A stretch of 49,788 nucleotides of DNA, counting the filler, from Catajapyx aquilonaris (taxonomy: Eukaryota): NCBI GenBank assembly GCA_000934665.2. It is 2 parts of 2 records of this genome, joined end to end, with 100 filler letters (N's around TTAATTAATTAA, not from the genome) between each part and the next. Parts side by side here need not be neighbours in the genome. Positions count along the whole stretch, not along the records: positions 24,973 to 49,788 come from JYFJ02005452.1; 1 more part is not named here. One strand, 5' to 3'. Made by a program: the position numbers and the translations under genes. The notes below the pieces were generated by a model, which had not been told where the DNA came from, did not search any database, and worked only from the letters and a program-made list of their open reading frames with translations. This document shows positions 49,533 through 49,788 of this stretch, piece after piece. How positions within the stretch are numbered: the stretch's first letter is position 1; every line of letters starts with the position of its first letter.

Positions 49533-49788
49533 ATGAAGCTGTACTGCGTCATTTGCCGGAATGAGTTCTTGCCTTCATCCGAGATCATGTCAGCGGACTG
49601 CGGCCACATCTTCCACGACACATGCATCTATCGTTGGTTCAATGAGTGAGTAGCCCACCAGCATCATCACATCATGTTTGGTAACAATAACAATTGCACT
49701 GACTTACTTTGTCATGGTTGCTTTGAACAAGGTCTGGTTCACCTGCTGGAACTGTGACCTGCCCAGTGTGCCGCTCCATGATCCTTCG
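49533..49788 (+). CDS. N-terminal RING-H2 E3 ubiquitin ligase, TRAIP/NOPO-like (partial); exons 49533..49645 and 49732..window end
   Basis: MKLYCVICRNEFLPSSEIMSADCGHIFHDTCIYRWFNE|SGSPAGTVTCPVCRSMIL gives the C-x2-C..C-x-H-x2-H-x2-C..C-x2-C pattern; phase-2 intron GA|gtgagt..aag|G. Confidence 0.85.

Overview
Eukaryotic, intron-rich, transposon-dense DNA, most likely from an arthropod (insect-type CoREST N-terminus, TTAGG repeats). Most short ORFs in the supplied track are noise; I reconstructed the real genes by hand as spliced + strand models. (1) A Lys/Ser-rich, SPKK-repeat protein gene (594..4774), with two small downstream exons invisible in the ORF track. (2) A divergent CoREST/RCOR-like gene (ELM2-SANT1-coiled coil-SANT2, 7692..19431) with an ~8 kb TE-filled first intron and an apparent 1-bp frameshift near its 3' end. 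(3) After a 100-bp scaffold gap, a head-to-tail array of nine intact-looking three-exon secreted single-domain C-type lectin genes plus three relics (25618..45377). The array shows diversified sugar-binding motifs, patchwork mosaicism, a shared upstream motif and one GC splice donor. (4) The start of a TRAIP/NOPO-like RING-H2 gene at the right edge. Repeats include Tc1/mariner and Tigger MITEs, hAT-like elements with 8-bp TSDs (one a 1.94 kb foldback inserted at the end of a mariner relic), tRNA-derived SINEs, an RTE-like LINE fragment and a (TG)n-embedded element carrying (TTAGG)n. All gene models are manual and need RNA-seq confirmation.
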